Source of the DNA: Patescibacteria group bacterium | GTDB lineage: Bacteria; Patescibacteriota; Saccharimonadia; Saccharimonadales; CAIOMD01 | Assembly: GCA_030917025.1 (NCBI GenBank) | Contig: JAUPVN010000072.1 | Coordinates: 1-35,042 of the forward strand | DNA length: 35,042 nt | Direction of reading: 5' to 3' | Program-made: the position numbers and the translations under genes | Notes under the pieces: generated by a model | Databases searched by the model: none | Told to the model about the DNA's origin: nothing | The model's input: only the letters and a program-made list of their open reading frames with translations | Part shown: one piece after another, positions 8,550 through 17,867 of the stretch | Numbering within the stretch: position 1 is the first letter of the stretch | Layout: every line of letters starts with the position of its first letter

Positions 8550-9986
8550 TTATTGTGGTTTTAATATTAACATTTCTTGCGTGGTGGGATCTCCAACTAT
8601 AACGGCTCTGTTTAAGCTACTAGAGTAGGCCACTCCAGCGTAGGTATTTGCGGTAGGAGTGTTGTATGTGCCAAAAATAACCGGTGCAGAAGTGTTGGAT
8701 ATGTTAATTGTTTGAAATTCTGCCACATTACCGCTATTTGCTAAAAATAATACATCGGGGCTTTGAGCAATGTTTAAAGCTATATCATTTATGATTCCAC
8801 CATTGCCAATAGACACATTACCTAGTGCAGATGGAGATAGGGGGTTAGTTATGTCATATATGTAAAGTAAGTTAGATTGCCCAATAAATAAATTATTGTT
8901 GTTATGAGATATTGTTAGGGCGTTATTGGTGCCCGGTAAATTAATGCTACTTGCAAGCGTTGGTGCCGCTGGGTTGCTAACATTAACTATTTTAACCTCT
9001 TGAGTGTCTGAGGAAGAAGATACATAGGCATAATTGGGTATAACGGTTACCTCATAGGCTAAGCCGGTTAAATTGGTTGGCCCAAGATTTACTATACCAG
9101 AAAGCGTTGGTGCCGCTGGATTGGTAATGTTTATAACCGCTAATTGGCTGGTAGAAGCACTTATGGCAAGATAGACATAATTGCCTAATTTATATACGCC
9201 TCTGGCATCGTTATTACCACTGTTATTAAAGCTCCCCGTAAGCGTTGATGCCGCTGGGTTAGTTATGTTAATAATTTGTAATTCTTGCGTGTTAGAGCTA
9301 GAAGCTACGTATGCATATGAGCCGTCTATAAAAATGTTAGTTGGGTTGCCATTTAAAGATAAAGTCTGGACTAAGGTTGGGCTAGCAGGATTAGTAATAT
9401 TATAAACTAAGAAGTTTTGGGAGCCCCTGTTAATTACTACAAATGCGTAGTTACCGCTTATTTGGACCTTTAACCCGGCTTTTATATTTGGAAAATCAAC
9501 GGCTGAGTCTAGCCCTGGGTTACTCCAAGATAAATTAACTACTATATTAATATCGCGCCAGTTTGTTAGCCGCCCAACTAAATTAAACACACCCGTGCGT
9601 TGAAGATTTTGTTGCCAGTTAACGCTTATATTAACTTCTTTTGTTGTAGGGTTTACGGTACTTAATGTTACCGTTCTGGTAAAATTATTTTGCACGTCTG
9701 GAGTGTTGGGCACTAGCTGCCATTGGCCACTATTTTGCTGTAGGCCATATGCGCCATCTGCTAAGCTGCTAAAAGCCTGATAATTACTATCTTTAATATT
9801 TTTTACTGCTTCTAGACCTTGTTCTGCAATTTGGGTAGCCTGAGTTCTTTTGGCGCTAATGATTGAACTTTCTGTACCGTAAAAAATAGCCCCTACAATG
9901 CCAGATATCACAATTATTAGTAAGCTAGAAGCCAACAAAACTTCTATTAAAGTAAAGCCGCTACTGTTTGAAGATTTAGTTTTCAT
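8550..9986 (-). CDS. Minor pilin fused to an LVIVD-repeat beta-propeller (putative pilus-tip adhesin)
   Basis: The prepilin N-terminus is MKTKSSNSSG|FTLIEVLL, followed by a pilin-like domain of about 150 aa. Six to seven repeats of 45-50 aa follow, of the form gnYAYVasss..qeL.IiNItNPaaPTL.g. This pattern matches the LVIVD repeat family. Confidence 0.75.
   Translation of the reverse strand: MKTKSSNSSGFTLIEVLLASSLLIIVISGIVGAIFYGTESSIISAKRTQATQIAEQGLEAVKNIKDSNYQAFSSLADGAYGLQQNSGQWQLVPNTPDVQNNFTRTVTLSTVNPTTKEVNISVNWQQNLQRTGVFNLVGRLTNWRDINIVVNLSWSNPGLDSAVDFPNIKAGLKVQISGNYAFVVINRGSQNFLVYNITNPASPTLVQTLSLNGNPTNIFIDGSYAYVASSSNTQELQIINITNPAASTLTGSFNNSGNNDARGVYKLGNYVYLAISASTSQLAVINITNPAAPTLSGIVNLGPTNLTGLAYEVTVIPNYAYVSSSSDTQEVKIVNVSNPAAPTLASSINLPGTNNALTISHNNNNLFIGQSNLLYIYDITNPLSPSALGNVSIGNGGIINDIALNIAQSPDVLFLANSGNVAEFQTINISNTSAPVIFGTYNTPTANTYAGVAYSSSLNRAVIVGDPTTQEMLILKPQ
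8956..9257. repeat. DNA-level periodic repeat underlying the LVIVD blades
   Basis: AGCGTTGGTGCCGCTGG occurs at 8956-8972 and again at 9103-9119. A one-mismatch copy, AGCGTTGATGCCGCTGG, occurs at 9241-9257. All encode PAAPTL or PAASTL on the minus strand, with spacing of 147 and 138 nt. Confidence 0.85.
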
Positions 9987-10432
9987 TAGTAGTTTATTAC
10001 TCCGTTGCTACTTATATTTATAGTAAGATTTTGGCCAGATACATTAGATAATGTTACAGAACCAGGCACAACGGGCAAGCCAGTAACTTTTGCAAAAGAA
10101 AAATCGCTTAAGCCACTATAGGTTATATTTGGGGATATTTTAGATATTTGATCGTAAGATTGATCTCTGCTATTAAAATTATTACCTTTAAACAAAATTA
10201 TTTGTGATTGTTCTATTTTTACGCTCCAGGCGTCATCCTGGCTAGATAAGCGTGCTTTAATTTGTGCGTTTCTGGCATCGTTTACAAATGTAGAAACAGC
10301 AATATTTAGATCGTTTTTTGTTTGTGTGCTGCTATAAACAGATATAGATAAACCACTAAGCAAGGCAATTAAACTAATAACAAGCATTAACTCTATTAAA
10401 GTAAAGCCTTTATTGTTTTTTACGCATACCAT
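9986..10432 (-). CDS. Minor pilin, GspH/FimT-like prepilin
   Basis: The N-terminus is MVCVKNNKG|FTLIELMLVISLIALLSG. The ORF is 148 aa. Its stop overlaps the start of the next gene (TAATG at 9984-9988). Confidence 0.7.
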   Translation of the reverse strand: MVCVKNNKGFTLIELMLVISLIALLSGLSISVYSSTQTKNDLNIAVSTFVNDARNAQIKARLSSQDDAWSVKIEQSQIILFKGNNFNSRDQSYDQISKISPNITYSGLSDFSFAKVTGLPVVPGSVTLSNVSGQNLTINISSNGVINY

Positions 10433-11521
10433 TTATATATCGTTAAGATTACTTATAAGAGAATATATAGGTAAAATTATTGCTAACGCCAATACAACAA
10501 CAATTAGCCAAACGCTAATTAGTAGTATGGGCTCTAAAATTACCGAAAGATTTTTAGAGGTTGTGTCTACCTTTTCTTCGTATACTTTAGAGATTTGCAA
10601 AAATGATTTAGATAAATAGCCAGACTTTTCGCCCGTTGTGATTAAAGATCTTACTGTATTGGGCAATAATTTAGTTTTTTTATTTTTGGTGGATAGTAGA
10701 GTTTTAAAGCTTTCGCCCTGGGTTATTCCGTTTTCTAGGTATGAATACAGCTTTTTAAAAGCTCTATCGTTGGTTGATTCTTGCAAAGAGATAAAAACCA
10801 TTTCTATTGGTAGGCCGGCTTCTAGTAGAGTTCCGGCAATGTAACCCATTCGGGAAATTTCTATTTCTTTAACTAGTTTGTTAATGCCCGGGGCTTTTCT
10901 TATTATTTTAAAAACAAAATCACGAAATATTTTAACCCAAACTATTAAAATAAAAAATAGTAATGACATAACTAGGGTGAATATAAGTATTGTATATTTG
11001 TTATCTTGAATAAAATCTCCTAAGCTAATTAGGATTCTTGTTGGTAGGGGCAATTCTACGTTCATACCGCTAAATATAGTAGTTAGTCTTGGTAATATAA
11101 ACCAAGCAATAGTTAAGCCAACAACAATAGCAAGACCAAGTACCAAACTTGGGTAAAGCATGGCAGACTGTATGTGCGATTTAAACAGGCGATTTTTTTG
11201 GAGTTGTTTAGCCGCTAGATCTAGGTTTTCGCTTAATCTGCCGCTGTCTTCTCCACTTTTAATTAGTATTACCGTTGATACACTGTAAATACCACTTTTA
11301 TCTATTGCTTTCCAAAACGGTATGCCCTCTGATATTTGATTAATAATTTTTAAAATTGCTTTTTTAAGTTTTGGTGATTTTATATCATCTACAAAAGAAG
11401 ATAGGGCAGAATTTAAAGACGCCCCTGAGTCTACAAGCATGGCTAAATTTTCTAGTAATGTTTCGGCCTCTTTACCAAACCCAAATTTTTTTTTGCCAAT
11501 GATTTTGTCTTTGTTATTCAT
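10433..11521 (-). CDS. pilC: Type IV pilus platform protein (GspF/PilC family)
   Basis: The 362-aa ORF has two T2SS-F-like repeats separated by TM helices. Its coordinates directly abut pilB (11522) and the next pilin gene (10432). Confidence 0.88.
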   Translation of the reverse strand: MNNKDKIIGKKKFGFGKEAETLLENLAMLVDSGASLNSALSSFVDDIKSPKLKKAILKIINQISEGIPFWKAIDKSGIYSVSTVILIKSGEDSGRLSENLDLAAKQLQKNRLFKSHIQSAMLYPSLVLGLAIVVGLTIAWFILPRLTTIFSGMNVELPLPTRILISLGDFIQDNKYTILIFTLVMSLLFFILIVWVKIFRDFVFKIIRKAPGINKLVKEIEISRMGYIAGTLLEAGLPIEMVFISLQESTNDRAFKKLYSYLENGITQGESFKTLLSTKNKKTKLLPNTVRSLITTGEKSGYLSKSFLQISKVYEEKVDTTSKNLSVILEPILLISVWLIVVVLALAIILPIYSLISNLNDI

Positions 11522-13207
11522 TTAGGTTTTACTATTAAATATAGTTGGTACGGGTGATACTCTTAGTAGTTCTTCTATTGTAGTATAGCCTTGGCTAACT
11601 TTTTGGATACCGTCTTCAAAGAGGGTTTTACTGTTGGTTTTGTAGGCTACTTCCCATATTTCGTTTTTGGATGGTTTTTTAAGAATAAGTTCTTTTAGTT
11701 CGTCATTTAATACAATAAATTCGTAAATTCCTATTCTGCCCTTATAGCCGGTATTATTGCATATTTTGCAACCCTTACCTTTGTAGATATTAGTTTTTGA
11801 TTTGCTTAATAAGTTTTTAAGCAGGGTGGCAGATTGTTTGTCTAGATTATGATCTGCAGAAAGTGATTCTATGTTTAAGTCTGTGCTTATTCTGCAAGAT
11901 TGGCATAATTTTCTAAGTAAGCGCTGCGCAACAACAAGTTCTAGTGTAGATGCTAATAAAAATGGCTCTGTACCAAGTTCTAACAAGCGTGGGATTGCGG
12001 TTGCGGCATCGTTTGAGTGAAAAGTTGTTAGCATTAAATGGCCCGTTAAAGCTGCATTAACAGAAATTTCTGCTGTTGCTAGATCTCTTATTTCTCCTAC
12101 TAAAATTACGTCTGGGTCTTGTCTTACAATAGACCTTAAGCCCTCACTAAAAGTAAAATTTGTTTGTGGGTCTACCTGCATTTGGGCAATACCCGGAATA
12201 ACGTATTCTACTGGGTCTTCTATGGTGGTAATATTTATACCTCTGTTTTTAATAAATTTTATTAAAGAATACAGAGTTGTAGTTTTACCAGAGCCCGTAG
12301 GCCCTGTTACTACTATCATTCCAAAAGGTTTTTTACCTGCAGTTTCTATAATTTGTTTGTGTTCTTGGCTTAGGCCTAAATCGTTTAGGGTAAATTCTGC
12401 ATTATGTGATGTTAGTAACCGTATTACGATTTTTTCGCCGCTTACTGTTGGTGCAATTGAAATACGCATATCTATTGAGCCAGTGGATTCGTGATCAAAA
12501 TGTACAGAACCGTCTTGCACGGTGTTGTGTTCGTCTATTCTAAGACTAGCCATAACTTTTATTCTGTTGATTACATTTTGGTAAAGATTAGTATCTATGT
12601 TTCCGGCATCTTGTAGTACACCATCTACGCGGATTCTAATTGTTACACTATTTGGCTCTGGTTCAAAGTGAACATCAGATGCACGCATTGCAGCAGCATC
12701 AATTATTATGGCTTCTATAATATCTGGGGCTACTTTAGAGCCAGATTTAATAATTTCGTTAAATCGTGTATCTAATGATTCTCTATAATCTATAAGGGCT
12801 TCGTCTATTTCGGCCGGCAACGCGTAACGGAGCTCTATTTTACGATTGTTAAATATGGTTTTTAAACTGTCTTTTAAGTCTGGGTTATTTGGTTTATCTG
12901 TAGCAATTATAACCTTGCCCTTTTCTATTTGGTAAACAACTACTCTGTATTTTTGGGCAAATTCTTTTGGGACTAAGCTAATTTCTTGGGGGGTTGGTTG
13001 ATGAGCATTAAAATCAGCAATAGCAAGATTGTATTTTTCTGCTACAGCCATAGCAATAATATCTTCGCTAATTAGGTTATTTTCTTTTAAATAGTCTGTT
13101 ATATTAGTACGAGCTTTGCTACTTTCTTGCCACGCCTTAACTGCCTCATCTTTGCTAAGGTAGTTTTCGTTTACGAGTAGTTCTAGTAGTTCTTTTTCTT
13201 CTTGCAT
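11522..13207 (-). CDS. pilB: Type IV pilus assembly ATPase (GspE/PilB family) with N-terminal T2SSE_N domain
   Basis: It has Walker A GPTGSGKTT, Walker B/Asp box DVILVGEIRD and His box TGHLMLTTFH. A tetracysteine motif CQSC...CKIC is present. The ORF is 561 aa. Confidence 0.92.
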   Translation of the reverse strand: MQEEKELLELLVNENYLSKDEAVKAWQESSKARTNITDYLKENNLISEDIIAMAVAEKYNLAIADFNAHQPTPQEISLVPKEFAQKYRVVVYQIEKGKVIIATDKPNNPDLKDSLKTIFNNRKIELRYALPAEIDEALIDYRESLDTRFNEIIKSGSKVAPDIIEAIIIDAAAMRASDVHFEPEPNSVTIRIRVDGVLQDAGNIDTNLYQNVINRIKVMASLRIDEHNTVQDGSVHFDHESTGSIDMRISIAPTVSGEKIVIRLLTSHNAEFTLNDLGLSQEHKQIIETAGKKPFGMIVVTGPTGSGKTTTLYSLIKFIKNRGINITTIEDPVEYVIPGIAQMQVDPQTNFTFSEGLRSIVRQDPDVILVGEIRDLATAEISVNAALTGHLMLTTFHSNDAATAIPRLLELGTEPFLLASTLELVVAQRLLRKLCQSCRISTDLNIESLSADHNLDKQSATLLKNLLSKSKTNIYKGKGCKICNNTGYKGRIGIYEFIVLNDELKELILKKPSKNEIWEVAYKTNSKTLFEDGIQKVSQGYTTIEELLRVSPVPTIFNSKT

Positions 13208-13280
13208 TTACCCACCGTTCTTTTTGTATAATTTTATTGTATATAAGGATATAGTTTAGAGCAACAGTATAATAGCTAAA

Positions 13281-13646
13281 TTAAATATACGTTTGAATTT
13301 TTAAGATTAGTTCTGCTAAAGATGTGTCTGATTTAATAAAAAAGTCTTTAACCCCAAAGTTGGTTGTTTTTATTTTATCTTCTTCTTGTGAAAGGTTGCT
13401 CATAACAATAACAGGTGTTTTATTTTTAGATATTTTCATATTTTGTAAAACGTTAAAACCATCTGATACGGGCATAATTAAGTCTAATAATAAAAGATCA
13501 TATTTATTATTTTTTAAGTATTGTATGGCCTGATCGCCATCGTTTGCAACCGTAACTACGTATCCAGCATTAGAGAGCTTAAGCTCCATGGCATGTGCTA
13601 GGGGTTTTTCGTCTTCTGCTATTAATATTTTTTTGCTAGGTTTCAC
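13281..13646 (-). CDS. Single-domain response regulator (CheY-like receiver only)
   Basis: The 121-aa ORF has the acidic pocket AEDE, the phospho-acceptor context LLLLDLIMP, and conserved S and K positions (VMSNL, FFIKS). There is no output domain. The start is apparently GTG at 13646. Confidence 0.9.
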   Translation of the reverse strand: MKPSKKILIAEDEKPLAHAMELKLSNAGYVVTVANDGDQAIQYLKNNKYDLLLLDLIMPVSDGFNVLQNMKISKNKTPVIVMSNLSQEEDKIKTTNFGVKDFFIKSDTSLAELILKIQTYI

Positions 13647-13793
13647 ATTAGCTACAATTATAAACCTATTTATCCAATATTAATAGCAAGGTATCTTACA
13701 GCATGAATGAAATAAATAAAAAGCATATTTTGATGGGTTGTTATTTGTTTGACGCTTACAGTTAAACAAGGTTACTATTACAATAGGTAAATA

Positions 13794-16040
13794 ATGAATA
13801 CATCTAAACATCTTGGTTGCAGCTACTGGTTTGAACTGTACTTGATGCAGGACATTTATAGCCAAGCAGACTGGCAAAAGACTATACTTTCTGTATCGCA
13901 ATATATTGGTTTTATGCGTAATTGGCAGTTGATTATGCGTGTAGAAAACAGCACTGTTAGGTATTTTGTTGGCGCAAATAGTGATTTAGGTATGCTGTCT
14001 AACAATTTACAAGGAGTGGTTTTAAGACCAATTGCCGCCAATATAGTATCGCCCCCTAAAAATCCTAAACATGAAGGTTTAATAAGGTTGGTTACCGGTG
14101 GTAGTGCGCTAGATTTAAGAGAAAAATACATTGTAAAACGTGGTAAAGAGCTTGATTGGATAGTATTTTCTATTAGAACTATTAATGTAGAAAAAGCTTA
14201 CTGCAAAGCATCTTTTTATTTTAAGCTTGCCAACAACAGCTATAGCATGGCAAAAAAATTATTAATCGTTCCGCCAAGTATGTTATTAAAGGTTGATTTT
14301 GTACAAAATACTAAGTACTTACGTAAAAAACAACCAAAATACTTAGATATTCAAAAATCTCTACATATTATGCGTAGCGATGAGGTTGGCGCACTATTTG
14401 AGGTTGACACATTCCCGTATTTACCAAAAAATTATTATTTGCCCCTAGAAAGTTATGATTTTGATAAACACTCATTTATTATTGGCGCTAGTGGTAGCGG
14501 AAAGTCTAAATTAATTGACTTATTTATTAACCAGTTATTGTCTGATAGTATGAACCGGCAATCTTACAGGGTAATTGTAATTGATCCACACGCTTCTTTA
14601 GAAGATGATTTAGATAGTATACAGGGCAGTAACGTTATTAGATTTAAGGGCAGCGATGATGGCGCAGAACTGTTTGCTGGGGCTGGTACGGATATCTCTG
14701 CCGCAACCGAACTTACGGGCACGTTATTTAAATCTTTAATGGCAGATCAGTTTAACCCCAAGTTAGAGCGCGTCATGCGCTTTAGCCTGTTTGTTTTAAT
14801 GACGGCTCAAGTAATGTCTTTAGATAATTTAAAACGTTTTGTAACAGATATAGAATATCGTAATGCTTTATTAGACCATGTTAAGGGCTTTGTACCTGAT
14901 AATATTGTTAATTTTTTTGGATCAGATTTTAACGAGCTTAGAACAAAACATTATACAGAGGCAATATCGCCAATAGTTGCATTGGTAGAAGAAATGCAAA
15001 TGCAGCCATCTTTGGGTGAACAAAACGATAACGCTGCTTCTTTGCAGCGCCTTATTAGTGATTCGCCACTAACCGTTTTTTCTTTAAATAAAGTTAGTAT
15101 GGGCGAAAAGGTAGTAAAAACTGTTGCTGGTTTGCTAATTCAGCAAATATTTTTGCTGGCACAGGCGCATAGCTTTAACCAAAAAGTTATTTTAATAGTA
15201 GATGAAGTATCTGTTGTGCAAAATCCTGCTTTAGCGCAAATATTAGCAGAGGCACGTAAATATAATTTATATGTATTCTTAACTCAGCAGTATTTTGGCC
15301 AGATAGAAAAGGGCTTGCAAGACGCAATTTTTACTAATGTTTCTAATTATTATGCCTTTAGGGTATCAGAAGAAGACGCAAGGGCACTTGAGGGTAATTT
15401 AACTATAGAGTTACCCAAAGAAACTTTGTTAGAGGGTAAAGAAATTGGTAATAAAGAACAAGAAATTAGAGTGAGGATATTAACATCGCTTAATAGCCGA
15501 GAGTGTTTATTACGTTTAAGTAAAGATGGCCAAATTTTGCCATGCGTTAAGGCCCGCACCATGGATTTTACGGCCCCCAAAAGAATGCAAAATGACGATT
15601 TGCGTAAGGCTGCAATGGAAGATTTGCCCCAAAAATTTAAAGAAAAAGTGCAAACTCAACATTCTTTAAATATGGTAGAAGATGTAAATAGTAAGCTTGA
15701 AAAGTTTGCGGGGGAATCTGGGCAAAAAACCGCTAATAATGTAGAACGGCCTGCGTTAAAGCCTAAAGCTCAAGAAATATCTCCAGAAAAGTTTACCCAG
15801 CTTGGGCATGTTGCTGCTCCTGCGTACTTAACTAAACCTGTTACGTCTTTTGATTCTGCAAAAATGGATTTAGTATCATTAAATTCAATTGGTCCTAGTA
15901 GTTTTAATAATGGCACAAATGTAATAGCAACACAAAACACTTCTGTTTTAAACAGTAATGGTAGCCAAAAAGCCCCAACCCTAGAAGAATTTTTATCGCA
16001 GCAATCAACAAATTTTAATATTAATGAAAGGGAAATCTAA
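13794..16040 (+). CDS. HerA/FtsK/VirD4-superfamily P-loop NTPase with an uncharacterised N-domain and a roughly 170-aa low-complexity C-terminal tail
   Basis: It has Walker [11 protein letters not shown] followed by [10 protein letters not shown] (HerA/VirB4-like DPHGEY context). Walker B is ILIVDEVS, followed by [13 protein letters not shown]. No N-terminal TM helices are visible. The exact subfamily cannot be assigned by eye. Confidence 0.6.
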   Translation: MNTSKHLGCSYWFELYLMQDIYSQADWQKTILSVSQYIGFMRNWQLIMRVENSTVRYFVGANSDLGMLSNNLQGVVLRPIAANIVSPPKNPKHEGLIRLVTGGSALDLREKYIVKRGKELDWIVFSIRTINVEKAYCKASFYFKLANNSYSMAKKLLIVPPSMLLKVDFVQNTKYLRKKQPKYLDIQKSLHIMRSDEVGALFEVDTFPYLPKNYYLPLESYDFDKHSFIIGASGSGKSKLIDLFINQLLSDSMNRQSYRVIVIDPHASLEDDLDSIQGSNVIRFKGSDDGAELFAGAGTDISAATELTGTLFKSLMADQFNPKLERVMRFSLFVLMTAQVMSLDNLKRFVTDIEYRNALLDHVKGFVPDNIVNFFGSDFNELRTKHYTEAISPIVALVEEMQMQPSLGEQNDNAASLQRLISDSPLTVFSLNKVSMGEKVVKTVAGLLIQQIFLLAQAHSFNQKVILIVDEVSVVQNPALAQILAEARKYNLYVFLTQQYFGQIEKGLQDAIFTNVSNYYAFRVSEEDARALEGNLTIELPKETLLEGKEIGNKEQEIRVRILTSLNSRECLLRLSKDGQILPCVKARTMDFTAPKRMQNDDLRKAAMEDLPQKFKEKVQTQHSLNMVEDVNSKLEKFAGESGQKTANNVERPALKPKAQEISPEKFTQLGHVAAPAYLTKPVTSFDSAKMDLVSLNSIGPSSFNNGTNVIATQNTSVLNSNGSQKAPTLEEFLSQQSTNFNINEREI

Positions 16041-16041
16041 C

Positions 16042-16740
16042 ATGGATGATAAACAAGCAAAAAATATATTAGATAAAGTTGTGGGCGCAGTATTTGGGTT
16101 TCAGAATCCGTTTAGTTTAGACCAAGCTATGCAAAAGTTTGCCTTTGATTATAAATTGCCTCAGCAAGTCTTTGATTCTGTTACCAGTGAGCCAACTTGG
16201 GCAACATCTACTAACCCAACAAGTTTTATGAAATTAGAGAATTTACGCAAACGCAGTGAACAGACGGACTGGATGGAGCCCCAGGAGCCCCTAAACAGTA
16301 TAGAAGATATTATTACAGCTTGGTCTAAAACTCGTTACATGACAACGGAAAGGCAAATTGACTCTATAAACGTGGGGCAAAGTGATACTGTTTATGGATG
16401 TGAAAATGTTTATAGAAGTTGTGATGTTACTAATTGTAAAAATATTATTTTTTGCGCTACCGTAAAAGACAGCGAATATATTGTGGCGGGTACCAGGTCT
16501 CAAACTTCTAGTTTTTGCATAAGGTTAGAAGATAGTCAGTTATGTTCTAATAGTTTTAATGTAAATTGGTCTGCTAAGGTTACTAATTGTTATTTCATTC
16601 AGGATTGTTATGACATTAGTGATTGTATGTTTTGCTCGCATATTTCTGGTAAGCGCTTTTGCATTGCCAATATGCAGTTTTCTGAAGAAGAGTATAAGCG
16701 TCTTAAAGAACTTGTTATTCGTTGGGTTTTAACTTCTTAG
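16042..16740 (+). CDS. Uncharacterised Cys-rich repeat protein (11 Cys in the last roughly 90 aa, roughly hexad spacing)
   Basis: The ORF-track start at 16024 lies inside the upstream gene. ATG at 16042 follows that gene's TAA (16038-16040) and an AAGGGA Shine-Dalgarno-like sequence. The C-terminal half reads GCENVYRSCDVTNCKNIIFC...NCYFIQDCYDISDCMFCSHISGKRFCIANMQF. I do not recognise a named family. Confidence 0.55.
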   Translation: MDDKQAKNILDKVVGAVFGFQNPFSLDQAMQKFAFDYKLPQQVFDSVTSEPTWATSTNPTSFMKLENLRKRSEQTDWMEPQEPLNSIEDIITAWSKTRYMTTERQIDSINVGQSDTVYGCENVYRSCDVTNCKNIIFCATVKDSEYIVAGTRSQTSSFCIRLEDSQLCSNSFNVNWSAKVTNCYFIQDCYDISDCMFCSHISGKRFCIANMQFSEEEYKRLKELVIRWVLTS

Positions 16741-17851
16741 AGTTTTTGACTGTTTTTTTAATTTTGGTTTTAAATTCTTTAACCGCAAATTTTTGAGAGC
16801 TTTTACTAATTGCGGTATGATCCCACTTTTTTGCTAGGCATTTTTGGATAGCTTGTTCTAGCTCTAGTGTGCTTTGATTTTGGTAAAATACTCCGTTTCT
16901 GTTGGTAATATAATCTTTGGCGCCGCCTTTTTGTAATGCCACAACTGGCGTGCCAGCCGCTAGCGCTTCTACTGGGGCAACTCCAAAATCTTCAAAGCTG
17001 GCAAAAACAAATGCTTTGGCGCCTGAAACGCGTTTAGCAACTTCTTCATCTGAGGCGTTTGTAATAAACTGTACCGTAAGCCCAGCTTTAATTTGTAATT
17101 TTGCAAGTTCTGGGCCCTTGCCAATTATTGTTAATGGGTAATGGTTATTATTACAAACTTCTACTATAGAGTCTACGTGTTTCATGGGGACTAATCTGCC
17201 CACGGTAATTACCCCTTTTCTGTTTTTATTGGCTGTATTTTTTTGTGTAAAAAGTGTGGTATTAACAGGCGGAAAAATAACTTGCGCATCTTTATTATAA
17301 TACTGTTTTATATCTGCCTGGATGTGAGTTGAATTAGCTATAAAAATATCTACTTTTTGCGCGGCTTTATAATCTAGCCTTCTTAGGGGGCCGGCAAAAA
17401 TTAATAAACCCAAGCGTGCAATTGGGTTAAATATACCAAAACCGGGCCTTTTCATATATTTTTTGTAATGGCGCCATAAAAAATGCACAGGTGTGTGGCA
17501 ATAGCATATTAAAGTTGCGTTTCCTTTTTTTACCGCCTTGGCTTGGCCATTTCCTGCACTGGCAATTATTACATCGTATTTTTTTAACCTTAATGACCTA
17601 AACCACCAGTACTGTAAAAGTGGTAAATATTTACGAAACTTACCAAGGTGCTGTAAATAGCCCGTAACAACCTTATTATCTAATTTATTGCGCCATTCTT
17701 TTGTACAATAGCTGGTATATATTGGGGCATCTGGGTATAGCTGGTGTAATGCTTGCACCACTCTTTCGGCCCCGCCCCCAACAAGCCAGTCGTGTACTAT
17801 GGCTACCTTTTGGCTAGATACTTGGTTATTTAGTGGCTTGGGTTTACTCAT
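16715..17851 (-). CDS. Glycosyltransferase family 4 (GT-B, Glycos_transf_1)
   Basis: It has the ExxxxxxxE-type C-terminal motif (EDFGVAPVEALAAGTPVVA). The ORF is 378 aa. Its 3' end overlaps the convergent gene by 26 nt. Confidence 0.87.
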   Translation of the reverse strand: MSKPKPLNNQVSSQKVAIVHDWLVGGGAERVVQALHQLYPDAPIYTSYCTKEWRNKLDNKVVTGYLQHLGKFRKYLPLLQYWWFRSLRLKKYDVIIASAGNGQAKAVKKGNATLICYCHTPVHFLWRHYKKYMKRPGFGIFNPIARLGLLIFAGPLRRLDYKAAQKVDIFIANSTHIQADIKQYYNKDAQVIFPPVNTTLFTQKNTANKNRKGVITVGRLVPMKHVDSIVEVCNNNHYPLTIIGKGPELAKLQIKAGLTVQFITNASDEEVAKRVSGAKAFVFASFEDFGVAPVEALAAGTPVVALQKGGAKDYITNRNGVFYQNQSTLELEQAIQKCLAKKWDHTAISKSSQKFAVKEFKTKIKKTVKNSKKLKPNE

Positions 17852-17867
17852 TATTTATTCTTAATAT

